A DNA stretch of 64,000 nt. Origin: Candidatus Babelota bacterium. GTDB lineage: Bacteria; Babelota; Babeliae; Babelales; Vermiphilaceae. Below are positions 1 to 9,906 of the stretch, in pieces; the stretch's first letter is position 1, and each line of letters starts with the position of its first letter. The position numbers and the translations under genes were made by a program. Under the pieces are notes generated by a model. That model did not search any database, had not been told where the DNA came from, and saw only the letters and a list, made by a program, of their open reading frames with translations. The stretch lies in assembly GCA_049325595.1 (NCBI GenBank), contig JBMOLF010000011.1, positions 12,319 to 76,318 on the forward strand. Reading direction: 5' to 3'.

Positions 1-4
1 AAAA

Positions 5-29
5 AGCGGTGGCTTAAAAACTCACCGCT
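5..29 (-). terminator. Rho-independent terminator of the 46..1236 gene
   Basis: AGCGGTG (5-11) / CACCGCT (23-29) inverted repeat next to an A-run (U-tract on minus strand). Confidence 0.6.
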
Positions 30-45
30 CACTCAACAAAAATAA

Positions 46-1236
46 TTATTGCTTGTTTTCGATTATTATCCACTCATCGGAAGATTGCACCTGTGTATTT
101 TTTTGAGCAATTTGCAATAGTTCTTCACCCTTTTTTGCGAGCTCTGGGTTATGGGGCAGTTGGTATTTTGCCAAAAAAGCATTACTCACAAATTGTGCTG
201 CTTTGGAACGATTTAAAGTCGAATGAATTAATTTATTATCATGGATAACCAAACAATAAACATCTTCTCTGTTGCCCAATTCCTTGATCTTTTTTACTAA
301 AGAAAAAATATTACTATCAGGCACTACCTTATCATTTTTTAAATGAAGAATAAGAATAGGCATTTGTGTCGATTCAGGATTTAGTGTATCTATTAAATTA
401 TCTTCTTGCGGTTTATAATTGCGCATAGTAGCCTGAAAAATCACATTAACTAAATAACCACCAAAAGGTATAAATGGCACATAAGAAGACGCCATTTTTT
501 TAGCTGCTTCTTTAAAAGAAACTAAAGGAGATTCTAAAATTAAAGCACTAAATGGTTGCGTTAATTGTGTTCTTAGAAGAATATCAGCTCCTACACAAAG
601 TCCTATTCCCACTAATTTTTTTTCAGGAAGTTCTTTCGTTGCATGCTCAATGGCAGTCTTCATGCATTGTTGATCAAGTTTTTGTGCAAAATTAAAAGCA
701 TTAATTTGTGCAGGATAATCAAAAGTTATACAAGGGCCATTAATAAAGTTGTTCATTATATATTTGCATGCTTGCTTGAGAGCAAATTGAGGATTTTTAT
801 TAGATTTCTTTGGGTATAAAAATTTATTGCCACTCTGGCAGCTGCCGATAGCCAATCCTCTTGAATAAACAAAGTAAGTATCATGTGAACTATTTTTTAT
901 ATGGTCGTACCGATGTACATAATTCAATTTACCTTCTATGCAAAGCTGAATACGATCGTCGCCAGCAATGTCATGATTTGTTATTTTTTTACTATATTCC
1001 TCAAAAGTATAGCTACGTCCTTGCAAATTGATTTGCTCTGTTTCAGGAACTAAAGTGCAAATATTGAGATTTTCTGCCGTCGGGCTAAAGACAGCAGGCT
1101 TTGTTAATTGTTTGTAACCAATGTAGGTTGCACCTGCAATCAAAGCGGTTACAAAGCCTTTTGTGTAAGCGCGGTATTCTTCATTAGCCTTTATTGCGTT
1201 CGATAAAAAGACCAATATTAACACTATATAGATCAT
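46..1236 (-). CDS. Secreted alpha/beta-hydrolase-fold protein with Cys nucleophile elbow (paralog 1)
   Basis: Signal peptide; GIGLCVGA elbow, ILESP, LHLKNDKVV (Asp), late His; C-terminus near-identical to 1261..2481. Confidence 0.7.
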   Translation of the reverse strand: MIYIVLILVFLSNAIKANEEYRAYTKGFVTALIAGATYIGYKQLTKPAVFSPTAENLNICTLVPETEQINLQGRSYTFEEYSKKITNHDIAGDDRIQLCIEGKLNYVHRYDHIKNSSHDTYFVYSRGLAIGSCQSGNKFLYPKKSNKNPQFALKQACKYIMNNFINGPCITFDYPAQINAFNFAQKLDQQCMKTAIEHATKELPEKKLVGIGLCVGADILLRTQLTQPFSALILESPLVSFKEAAKKMASSYVPFIPFGGYLVNVIFQATMRNYKPQEDNLIDTLNPESTQMPILILHLKNDKVVPDSNIFSLVKKIKELGNREDVYCLVIHDNKLIHSTLNRSKAAQFVSNAFLAKYQLPHNPELAKKGEELLQIAQKNTQVQSSDEWIIIENKQ

Positions 1237-1260
1237 ACTATTTAATTCTTTTTTGATTTA

Positions 1261-2481
1261 TTACATATTGATGGTTATAGTCCACTCATCGGAAGATTGC
1301 ACTTGCGCATTTTGCCGAGCAACGTGTAATAGTTCTTCACCCTTTTTTGCTAATTGCTCGTCATGGGGCAATTGGTACTTAGCATAAAAAGCATTGGTCA
1401 CTTGTTGTGTAGATTTGGCCAAACTCATCAATGCATGGCGCAGATTATTTGTTTTATCTTGTAACACAAAACAATACGCATGTTCATTGCCTTTTTCTTT
1501 TACCGCTTTGAGCAACTGCATAACATGCTCATCGCTCACTACTTTATCATCGACTAAATGCAGCAATAATAAAGGTGCTTTTACCGTAATATCATTTTCA
1601 AAAATGTTATCTTTTTCTGGATTATAAGACGGAAATGCCAAACGTGCCATCGCATACATAAATGGACCTTTAAAGGGTATAACCCTAGGTACATCCGCTC
1701 TACCAATACTATGTATTGCATCTTTAAATGAAATAAGTGGCGATTCTAAAACTGTCACCGATGGTGTTTCTTTTTCTACCCGCACATTAGTTCCTGCACC
1801 ACGACACAAACCTACCTCAATAATCTTTTTCTGAGGCAATGTCTTTGCAACTTGGTCATATACAAAAGCGACACATTCTTGATCCGGTTCTTGGGTAAAG
1901 GAAATATTTTTCCAACGTTGATCAGGAAAATCGAAGGCAATACAAGGATCATGCATCATATTATCACGCATGTATTTATACACCTCAATAATCGCACCTC
2001 CAACCGGTGGTAGGGATTGTGGTTGTCTACCGGCCTGTATTGCTCGATCATTCACTTGATTTCTACCAAGTGCTACCCCACGGGAATAAATATTGATATT
2101 TTGATGTCCAGTTTCTTGAATCCCTTTTAGCACATTAAGATACAACTCTTTACCATCTTGATTATTCACCTTAATGCAATCGTTATCCGTCGCTTTATTT
2201 TGCGCAAAACGAGCAATATATTCTTGTAAAGAATAACTTGTTTGTGATGGTAATAATGCTTGTTGAGGTACCACCGTAACAACATTAAGATTTTCTAAAG
2301 ATGGTTTAATAATAGTTGGAGTTCTTAATTTTTTTATGCCATATATTGTTGCGCCAGTAACTAATGTGGTCACCAAAGCAGTTGTTGTTCTAAAATCAGT
2401 TTCTGCCCCCTTTAAAGGTTGTCTTATCAATGCGGCAATTAAAAAAAATAGTAAAATCATTGTAATACTTTTTATTATCAT
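1261..2481 (-). CDS. Secreted alpha/beta-hydrolase-fold protein with Cys nucleophile elbow (paralog 2)
   Basis: EVGLCRGAG, VLESP, LHLVDDKVV, LRHA; tandem paralog. Confidence 0.7.
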   Translation of the reverse strand: MIIKSITMILLFFLIAALIRQPLKGAETDFRTTTALVTTLVTGATIYGIKKLRTPTIIKPSLENLNVVTVVPQQALLPSQTSYSLQEYIARFAQNKATDNDCIKVNNQDGKELYLNVLKGIQETGHQNINIYSRGVALGRNQVNDRAIQAGRQPQSLPPVGGAIIEVYKYMRDNMMHDPCIAFDFPDQRWKNISFTQEPDQECVAFVYDQVAKTLPQKKIIEVGLCRGAGTNVRVEKETPSVTVLESPLISFKDAIHSIGRADVPRVIPFKGPFMYAMARLAFPSYNPEKDNIFENDITVKAPLLLLHLVDDKVVSDEHVMQLLKAVKEKGNEHAYCFVLQDKTNNLRHALMSLAKSTQQVTNAFYAKYQLPHDEQLAKKGEELLHVARQNAQVQSSDEWTITINM

Positions 2482-2624
2482 TTTTGAATAGATGTATCAA
2501 AACAAAGATATCAAATTTTGCAATTATTTCAAATAGAAAAAATAGGGGCTGTTGAGAAATTTTGTAAAAAAACAAAATAGCAGTAGTCTATAATGAATAA
2601 CCTTTAAACTTTTCCTGTTATTTT

Positions 2625-3545
2625 ATGAAAAAATTACTTACCATCTTCGTTATCTTAAATATTCTTGCTTGCGTATTTTTTCTAACGAATAAACAACACA
2701 TTTCTCATTCATCAGCAAAAAGAATAGTATGTACAACCACTATTCTTGCTGACACCGCCAAACAAATAGCCGGCGATGAATGGCATATTACAAGTCTTAT
2801 GGGACCAGGAGTAGATCCTCATACCTATCACGCAACCGAGCAAGATGTACATGCACTGGCTTCAGCTCATCTGATTTTGTATCATGGCCTACACCTAGAA
2901 GGGAAAATGGTGCATTTACTAGAACACATGAATCAATACACTAAATCAGTAGGTGTTTGCGATCTACTTCCGCAAGAACAACTAATTTCAAGCGAAATTG
3001 AGGGAATTTATGATCCTCATGTATGGCATGATGTCGCATTATGGAAAATAGTGGTTCAATACATTGCCAATGTATTAGTAGAAATTGATCCTACCAAAGC
3101 TGATCATTACCAAAAACGTGCCCAGGAATATCTGGCAAAGCTCACGCAACTAGAAGCGTATATACAAAACCAAATTAATCTAATTCCTTTAGAACAAAGA
3201 GTATTAATAACCGCGCATGACGCCTTTAGTTATTATGGATTACGTTATGGCATACGCGTGATGGGCCTTCAGGGGGTAAGCACCGATGCTGAAGCAGGCA
3301 CCAGAGATATTCAAGAATTGGTACAATTCATTGTAGCTAATAAAATAAAAGCTATTTTTGTAGAATCTTCCATTTCGCCTCGCAATATTCAAGCTGTTCA
3401 GCATGGCGTCCAGGCACAGAACTGGCGCGTGGCTATTGGTCCTGAATTATACTCTGATGCACTTGGCGATATAGAAAGTGATGCAAAAACATATTATGAC
3501 ATGGTACGCTTCAATACCAATGTAATCACTTCTTCTTTAAGCTAA
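2625..3545 (+). CDS. troA: Mn/Zn/Fe ABC transporter substrate-binding protein (TroA/MntA family)
   Basis: GPGVDPHTY, DPHVWHD, TAHDAFSY, LYSDALG metal-ligand motifs. Confidence 0.92.
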   Translation: MKKLLTIFVILNILACVFFLTNKQHISHSSAKRIVCTTTILADTAKQIAGDEWHITSLMGPGVDPHTYHATEQDVHALASAHLILYHGLHLEGKMVHLLEHMNQYTKSVGVCDLLPQEQLISSEIEGIYDPHVWHDVALWKIVVQYIANVLVEIDPTKADHYQKRAQEYLAKLTQLEAYIQNQINLIPLEQRVLITAHDAFSYYGLRYGIRVMGLQGVSTDAEAGTRDIQELVQFIVANKIKAIFVESSISPRNIQAVQHGVQAQNWRVAIGPELYSDALGDIESDAKTYYDMVRFNTNVITSSLS

Positions 3546-3554
3546 GGAGAAAAT

Positions 3555-3992
3555 ATGAAATATTTCATATTGTTTTTTGTTACTCTATATGCTGGACAAA
3601 CTTTGTGCATGCAAAAAAAATTAATTACGCTCAATGGCCATACCGCTTCATTAATTGATCATATCGACCGTTCTAAAAAATTAATGAATACTGATCCCAT
3701 AAGCGCAACGCTTATTTTGCGCTATATTGCTACCGAATGCTTGATAGAACGTGGCAATGTATTATGCATTACCCAAGAGGATCTTACCGATATTAAAAAT
3801 GATAATTATGTTTACGTTCCTAAATTTCGTTTTGACAATACCCACTTAAGCGGCAACAAAAAAATATGGGTTGACGCTATCATTGTTGGAACCACTGATG
3901 AAAACCATGTTCACGATCTATCACCCCGATCAATTGACAAAATATTGATTGATAAGCGCGAAGCAAAAAAGAAGAAATATCTAAAATCTTAA
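3555..3992 (+). CDS. Hypothetical secreted protein inside the tro operon
   Basis: AAGGAG RBS, signal peptide ending TLC-MQ. Confidence 0.7.
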   Translation: MKYFILFFVTLYAGQTLCMQKKLITLNGHTASLIDHIDRSKKLMNTDPISATLILRYIATECLIERGNVLCITQEDLTDIKNDNYVYVPKFRFDNTHLSGNKKIWVDAIIVGTTDENHVHDLSPRSIDKILIDKREAKKKKYLKS

Positions 3993-4075
3993 TATTTTAA
4001 AAAAGTACCGTTTTATAGTTTTTGCAGTAAAATAAAGAAATATAACATATCAATTAATTTTACCTTGGTTGTACC

Positions 4076-4819
4076 ATGAACACACCTGCACTGGAAATAA
4101 ATCATTTAACGGTTACGTATCAACATAACCCTGTTTTATGGAACGTATGTGCGTCTATTCCACATGGGGTATTGCTTGCTATTGTAGGACCTAATGGTGC
4201 GGGTAAAACAACAATTATTAAAACCATCCTTGGGCTTATAAAGCCTTTGGCAGGAACTATTTCAATATTTGGAAAACCATCACATACCCAACGACATGCT
4301 ATTGCGTATGTTCCGCAGCGAGCTACGATTGACTGGGATTTTCCCGTAACGGCACGTGACGTGGTATTAATGGGTTGCTATGGTCAACTTGGCTGGTTTA
4401 GAAAACCACAAGCCCAGCATATCCAAAAAGCAAGAGAAGCTCTTTCCCTTGTTGATATGATTGACTTTGAACATCGACCAATTAATAGTTTATCCGGCGG
4501 GCAACAACAACGCGTATTTTTGGCACGTGCACTTATGCAAGAAGCATCTATTTATATAATGGATGAGCCATTTGTGGGAGTTGATATGTTTAGCGAAAAA
4601 GCAATCATTCAAGTACTGCGCCAATTACGCAATCAAAAAAAAACTATTATTGCCGTACATCATGATCTTAATACGGTTAAAGAATATTTTGATTGGACTT
4701 TAATGATCAATAAAAGCTCGATTTCATGTGGCCCAATTGAGCAGGCATTTACTCCTGAACATATTCAAAATACGTATAAACATCATGTTTTTTTTGCTCA
4801 ATCTAATCAGTCATTATGA
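4076..4819 (+). CDS. troB: Metal ABC transporter ATPase (TroB/MntB)
   Basis: GPNGAGKT, LSGGQQQR, MDEPF, HHDL. Confidence 0.92.
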   Translation: MNTPALEINHLTVTYQHNPVLWNVCASIPHGVLLAIVGPNGAGKTTIIKTILGLIKPLAGTISIFGKPSHTQRHAIAYVPQRATIDWDFPVTARDVVLMGCYGQLGWFRKPQAQHIQKAREALSLVDMIDFEHRPINSLSGGQQQRVFLARALMQEASIYIMDEPFVGVDMFSEKAIIQVLRQLRNQKKTIIAVHHDLNTVKEYFDWTLMINKSSISCGPIEQAFTPEHIQNTYKHHVFFAQSNQSL

Positions 4820-5670
4820 TAATATTTGATTACACCTTATTACTGGTTATTCTCGGAACTACCTTGCTTGGCATAACAGCTGGTACATTAAGTACATTTG
4901 TGTTTTTAAGAAAACAAAGTTTACTTGGCGATGCAATTTCCCATGCTGCATTGCCGGGTATTATTTTAGCCTATCTAATCACCGGACAGAAAGACCCTCT
5001 TACGTTAATGGCTGGTGCTGCTTGTGCGGGCACTATTGGTACAGCATTTATCCGCATGGTATTGCGCTACACAACTATAAAAAGTGACACCATTCTTGGA
5101 TTAGTACTATCGGTATTTTTTGGCTGCGGACTGGTACTTATTAGTATTTTAAAAAAGTACCCGACACTACAAGCTCACTCGTTACAGAAATTCCTTTTTG
5201 GTAATGCTTCAAGCTTTACCTCACAAGAAATCTTTATTCTAGCAATAATTAGCATTATCATTTTATTAAGCATAAAATTGTGTTGGAAAGAATTTAAAAT
5301 TTTATCATTTGATCCTGATTATTCTTTTAATAGCGGATTGCCGGTCAAATATATTGATCTGTTTCTTACCTTTCTTTTAATCATCACCATTATTATTGGC
5401 CTGCAAACAGTAGGCGTCATTTTAATGAGTACCATGCTTATTGCTCCGGGAGCAGCAGCTCGACAATGGACTCATCGGCTTGAAACTATGGCCCTGATCA
5501 GTAGTTTTTTTGGCACAATTGCCTGCATCACTGGATCGTGCATTAGTAGCTTATACACCCATATACCCACGGGCCCGACAATAGTAATATTATTAAGTAT
5601 TATTGTTTTTTGTTCATTACTTATTGCTCCTGCGCGTAAAGGAGTAATATGGAGGCTTTTTGCGCAATGA
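4816..5670 (+). CDS. troC: Metal ABC transporter permease (TroC)
   Basis: GDAISHAALPG ABC-3 motif, multiple TM helices, ATGA overlap. Confidence 0.9.
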   Translation: MIIFDYTLLLVILGTTLLGITAGTLSTFVFLRKQSLLGDAISHAALPGIILAYLITGQKDPLTLMAGAACAGTIGTAFIRMVLRYTTIKSDTILGLVLSVFFGCGLVLISILKKYPTLQAHSLQKFLFGNASSFTSQEIFILAIISIIILLSIKLCWKEFKILSFDPDYSFNSGLPVKYIDLFLTFLLIITIIIGLQTVGVILMSTMLIAPGAAARQWTHRLETMALISSFFGTIACITGSCISSLYTHIPTGPTIVILLSIIVFCSLLIAPARKGVIWRLFAQ

Positions 5671-6752
5671 TTACCTTACTATCGCTTCACATCTTATTAG
5701 TTGCTTGTTTAGTGAGTGTTATGTGTGCCATACCGGGTGTATTTTTAGTATTGCGCTCAGTAGCTATGATGAGCGACGCAATTAGCCACGCAATATTACC
5801 TGGTATTGTATTAATGTTTTTTTGGGTGGGCAATTTAGAATCACCTTTACTCTTAGTCGGTGCTGCAATTGCCGGTATTGCAACCGTGTTAGCTACCGAA
5901 TTGCTCATGAGCACCAATCAATTAAAAAAAGATGCTGCGATTGGCTTAGTTTTTCCGTTCTTTTTTTCAATTGGTGTAATTCTTATTAGCATGTATGCGC
6001 GCACCGTGCATTTAGATGTTGATATGGTACTACTTGGCGAGCTTATATTTGCACCATTTAACAGAATGGTTATTGCAGGCTATGATGTTGGTTCATACGC
6101 ATTGTGGAGTACAAGCATACTAATTATTGGCAACCTTATCCTTACTAAATTATTTTTTAAAGAAATTACACTAAGCATATTTGACCCTCAGCTTGCACTA
6201 CTTGCTGGATTCTTTCCGCAACTTTTATATTACGGTCTTATGATTATTACCAGCATAACCGCCGTCACTGCTTTTAATATTGTTGGCTCCTTTGTAGTCG
6301 TCGCCTTAATGATTGCACCTGCAGCTACTGCTTCGTTATTTACTCATTCAGTAAAACAAATGCTTATTGCAAGCACTGGCATTTCATTACTTGCTGCCAT
6401 TAATGGTTATACCGCAGCATATGTGAGTGACGTATCTATTACCGGTTCTATAGCCGTATGCAATGGATTATTATTTGTTATAGCACTACTAATTGCTCCC
6501 CATAAAGGGCTTATGTCACGAATAACCAATCATTATAAAAATATTAAAGCTAAACAATATGCTGTTGTTTTGCATTATTTATCAAACCAACCGTGGATTT
6601 CATCTGCTATTGTTGCTCAACATTTGGGATGGTCTTTAAAGCACATAGAAAATACTCTTGTTTACTTACACAACCAAAAACTTATTGATACTAATCACCA
6701 TGTTACGCAAAACGGCCACCACTATCTGCAAAAAGAAATGGCCGGCAATTAA
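5667..6752 (+). CDS. troD: Metal ABC transporter permease (TroD) with C-terminal winged-HTH-like extension
   Basis: SDAISHAILPG; ATG at 5667 overlaps troC stop; soluble tail of about 75 aa. Confidence 0.88.
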   Translation: MITLLSLHILLVACLVSVMCAIPGVFLVLRSVAMMSDAISHAILPGIVLMFFWVGNLESPLLLVGAAIAGIATVLATELLMSTNQLKKDAAIGLVFPFFFSIGVILISMYARTVHLDVDMVLLGELIFAPFNRMVIAGYDVGSYALWSTSILIIGNLILTKLFFKEITLSIFDPQLALLAGFFPQLLYYGLMIITSITAVTAFNIVGSFVVVALMIAPAATASLFTHSVKQMLIASTGISLLAAINGYTAAYVSDVSITGSIAVCNGLLFVIALLIAPHKGLMSRITNHYKNIKAKQYAVVLHYLSNQPWISSAIVAQHLGWSLKHIENTLVYLHNQKLIDTNHHVTQNGHHYLQKEMAGN

Positions 6753-6815
6753 AGCTCGCTCTTAAAATAACTAATTGTTGCCAAACCCAATCACCACTTT
6801 TTATAGTTTTTAATT

Positions 6816-8321
6816 ATGAAGAGTTTGAAAAATCAAAATAAGAAACCAACACTGTTGGTTATTCTTGATGGATTTGGGTACGGTCAGCACAATGAATATA
6901 ATGCCATAGCGTGTGCTGACACCCCATTCTTGGATTTTGCCTTACAAACATATCCCCATATCTTACTAAATGCATCAGGAAAAGCAGTAGGATTGCCACC
7001 AGGATACATAGGCAATTCAGAAGTAGGCCATATGACTATTGGCACTGGAAAAATAATAAAACAGCCAATGACTATTATTAATGAACAGATAGAAGATGGT
7101 TCTTTTTATAGTAATACTCTTTTAATAAAACATTTTAACAATCTGGCTCAGTCCAAAAAAAAATTGCATCTTGCAGGCATTTTATCTGACGCCGGTGTGC
7201 ACGGACATATCAATCATCTATGTGCCTATATAGAACTTGCACTCAGATGCAAAGTAAATAAAATTATCGTTCATGCATTTTTAGATGGCAGAGATGTCGG
7301 CCCCCAAACAGCACACACGTACCTTACCCAACTGCAGGCTATTATTGAAGCTAATGCTCCTCATGTTGAACTTGGCACACTCCATGGCAGATTTTACGCA
7401 ATGGACCGTGATCACAATTGGGAGCGCACCCACAAAAGCTATGCGGTTATGACACAAGAACAAACCATTACTTTTGCATCGTGGCAAGAGGTAATCACAC
7501 ACTATTACGCGAAGCATATTTTTGATGAGTTTATACCACCAACACAATTACTACAGGCAGCAGTCATTGAAAATGGTGATGGTTTAATTTTCTATGACAC
7601 ACGACCCGAACGTGAGCGACAATTGGCAGAAGCATTTGCTAATAAACAGTTTGCGCACTTTCCCATAAAAAAAATTAATCTTTCTTTTTTTATTACACCG
7701 GTACCATACGGCAATAACATCAAAACAATTACCTTATTGCCGCAAGCTACTATAACTAATACACTCAAAGAACAATTAATAAAACACAATAAAACGATAT
7801 TTACCATTGCCGAAACAGAAAAATATGCGCATGTTACCTATTTTTTTGATGGTGGCAATGAAAACATCTATCCCTTAGAAAAACGAGTACTTATTCCATC
7901 GATAAAAACCAAAAGTTATGCTGATTATCCCTGCATGTCAGCGCAAGAAATTACTCACACTATTTTAAGTTCATTGCAACCAGATCCATTTGATTTTTAT
8001 GTAGTTAACTATGCCAATGCCGATATGGTTGGACATACGGGAAATTTTAATGCAACGGTAAAAGCCATTGAATGTTTAGACAAAGAATTAAAAAAATTAT
8101 ATGAACAAGTTGTTTTGCATATGAATGGCACACTTTACATTACTGCAGATCATGGTAAGGCAGAAGATATGTTTGATGCAACTATTGGCCAACCAAGAAC
8201 CGCTCATACCGCAAACCCAGTGCCATTTATTATGATTCAAAAGCAGCTTTCACCTACAACACCATTACCATTAACACAGCTTTCTGATATTTGTGATTGG
8301 ATAATTAGTCATTTAAATTAA
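6816..8321 (+). CDS. gpmI: 2,3-bisphosphoglycerate-independent phosphoglycerate mutase
   Basis: ILDGFG, GNSEVGH, GRFYAMDRD, AETEKYAHVTYFF, NADMVGHTG, TADHG. Confidence 0.97.
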   Translation: MKSLKNQNKKPTLLVILDGFGYGQHNEYNAIACADTPFLDFALQTYPHILLNASGKAVGLPPGYIGNSEVGHMTIGTGKIIKQPMTIINEQIEDGSFYSNTLLIKHFNNLAQSKKKLHLAGILSDAGVHGHINHLCAYIELALRCKVNKIIVHAFLDGRDVGPQTAHTYLTQLQAIIEANAPHVELGTLHGRFYAMDRDHNWERTHKSYAVMTQEQTITFASWQEVITHYYAKHIFDEFIPPTQLLQAAVIENGDGLIFYDTRPERERQLAEAFANKQFAHFPIKKINLSFFITPVPYGNNIKTITLLPQATITNTLKEQLIKHNKTIFTIAETEKYAHVTYFFDGGNENIYPLEKRVLIPSIKTKSYADYPCMSAQEITHTILSSLQPDPFDFYVVNYANADMVGHTGNFNATVKAIECLDKELKKLYEQVVLHMNGTLYITADHGKAEDMFDATIGQPRTAHTANPVPFIMIQKQLSPTTPLPLTQLSDICDWIISHLN

Positions 8322-8333
8322 AAAAGGAAGATT

Positions 8334-8825
8334 ATGCACGCAATAAAAAAAATAACATTAGCAGCGCTCGTAATCACGACTATGAGCCTAGCACAATTAA
8401 ATTGGGAACATTCAAAAAAGGCAAGTAAAGAATTTTTGAATGCCGGGGTACTTTTTGAACTTAAAAATAAAAGTAAAAATCCCATTGAAGTTATTTTTAA
8501 ACAAACAGTTGAAATAGAACCAGGTCAGCTCGCAACTAAACCAATTGCACTCGTGCTTCAACCAAATGGTGATGCAGTACGCATTAGTTCTGCATTCGAT
8601 TTTTCATTAAAACATCCTATTTATCTTACCATCAGCGAAAAAATTCCAAACGAAGCAAATCCTGCAATACGCCAATTTTTGTTCCCCACCAATGTGCAAC
8701 AAATTATAGTGAAATGGGAAGATGGTAAACTTCAAGCACAAAAGGGAAGCATATTTGGCTATACTGAATCAGGTATTCCACTTAGAGGAAATGTTCGCAC
8801 GCAGGATATTTTAAGATTACGATAA
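8334..8825 (+). CDS. Hypothetical secreted beta-rich protein
   Basis: Signal peptide, RBS AAGGAAG. Confidence 0.7.
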   Translation: MHAIKKITLAALVITTMSLAQLNWEHSKKASKEFLNAGVLFELKNKSKNPIEVIFKQTVEIEPGQLATKPIALVLQPNGDAVRISSAFDFSLKHPIYLTISEKIPNEANPAIRQFLFPTNVQQIIVKWEDGKLQAQKGSIFGYTESGIPLRGNVRTQDILRLR

Positions 8826-8999
8826 TTTTATAAATCCTGCTCCAGATCTAGTTTATCATTGCTTTTTTATCGAGATCATCATTATATTTTAATCTCCATG
8901 CACCAACAAAGACTGATACTGCAAATGCTGCAAAAAATGTTGAAGGTGGAATGGAAAAAAGATCAAATGTTTTTAATTCAGAATTACTGTTTTAAAAGA

Positions 9000-9039
9000 G
9001 CAGCTATACTCTCTATCAATCAATGGGAAGTATAGCTGC
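9000..9039. terminator. Probable bidirectional terminator
   Basis: 11-bp perfect inverted repeat GCAGCTATACT/AGTATAGCTGC between convergent genes. Confidence 0.75.
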
Positions 9040-9045
9040 CCTTTT

Positions 9046-9906
9046 TTATTTGACATTATATGCTTTTTTTATACGTTCGGTTAATGAACCTTTTTTATAG
9101 TAATTGGCAAAAAGATCATTTTCTAATTTGTCACGAACAGGTTGTTTTAGAGCTGAATAAAAGCTTGTAAACTTGTTAACTTTTTCAGCAATCTCAGCAG
9201 CTTGAATAATTTTTTCTTTTAATGGTAATGCATTAAAAGCCGTGTAGAGCTGAACTGCAACATCCTTAGTAACATTAACAACTTCAATCGCAGTATCTGG
9301 CGTAGCTTGAGCGGCTTGGTACAACGTTGTTGCTGCAGCCGTTGCAGCTTTACCCGTTTTTACAAGAATTATACTACCTGCTGCTTTTGCATTAGCTGTT
9401 ATGGCGGCTGCTTTTGCCGCAACAATAGTTCCCGGGAATACAACTGGTGCCGCTACAATTATCACTCCTGCAGCAGTAACGCCAATAACGCAACCAATAA
9501 CTATTTTTTTTGTGCTAATTCTTTTAGATTCTGCTGGTATAGTTTTTGCTACTTCTTTAAATTCCTGAATAATTCCATCAATTTTTTGTTCTCCACCAAA
9601 AGAAACAAAAGATTTGAAACATTCTTGGCATTCTGATGGTATTCCATCCGTATTAACAGGTTTTCTTGCATTCAGCGCTAAACAATCAAGAAAATTATCT
9701 TCTGCCAATAAAAGAACAAGCCGATACTCTTGCTCTTTTTCTTTTCTTCTTTTTTGGTAATCAGGTGAAATTTTTCCAAAAACATACCGGCCTGCTGCTA
9801 TGGTTGCATCACTTAATCGACCTACTGCAGCGGCTAATTCAAGTTTGCCTACAGACTAGGCTTGAAATGATATCAAGCCTACAAAAAGAAAAATAATTTT
9901 TTTCAT
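9046..9906 (-). pseudogene. Secreted/membrane protein interrupted by an in-frame TAG at codon 17
   Basis: ATG at 9906 overlaps the upstream TGA; MKKIIFLFVGLISFQA*SVGKLE... runs in frame into ORF 9046..9708. Confidence 0.7.

Noticed and set aside
9856..9858. Genome-wide TAG reassignment or pyrrolysine
   Set aside because: Single case; TAG ends other genes normally (e.g. mutY at 44161-44163), and conserved genes have no internal TAG
9666..9896. 76-aa plus-strand ORF (and 9307..9636)
   Set aside because: Antisense shadows of the amber-interrupted minus-strand gene
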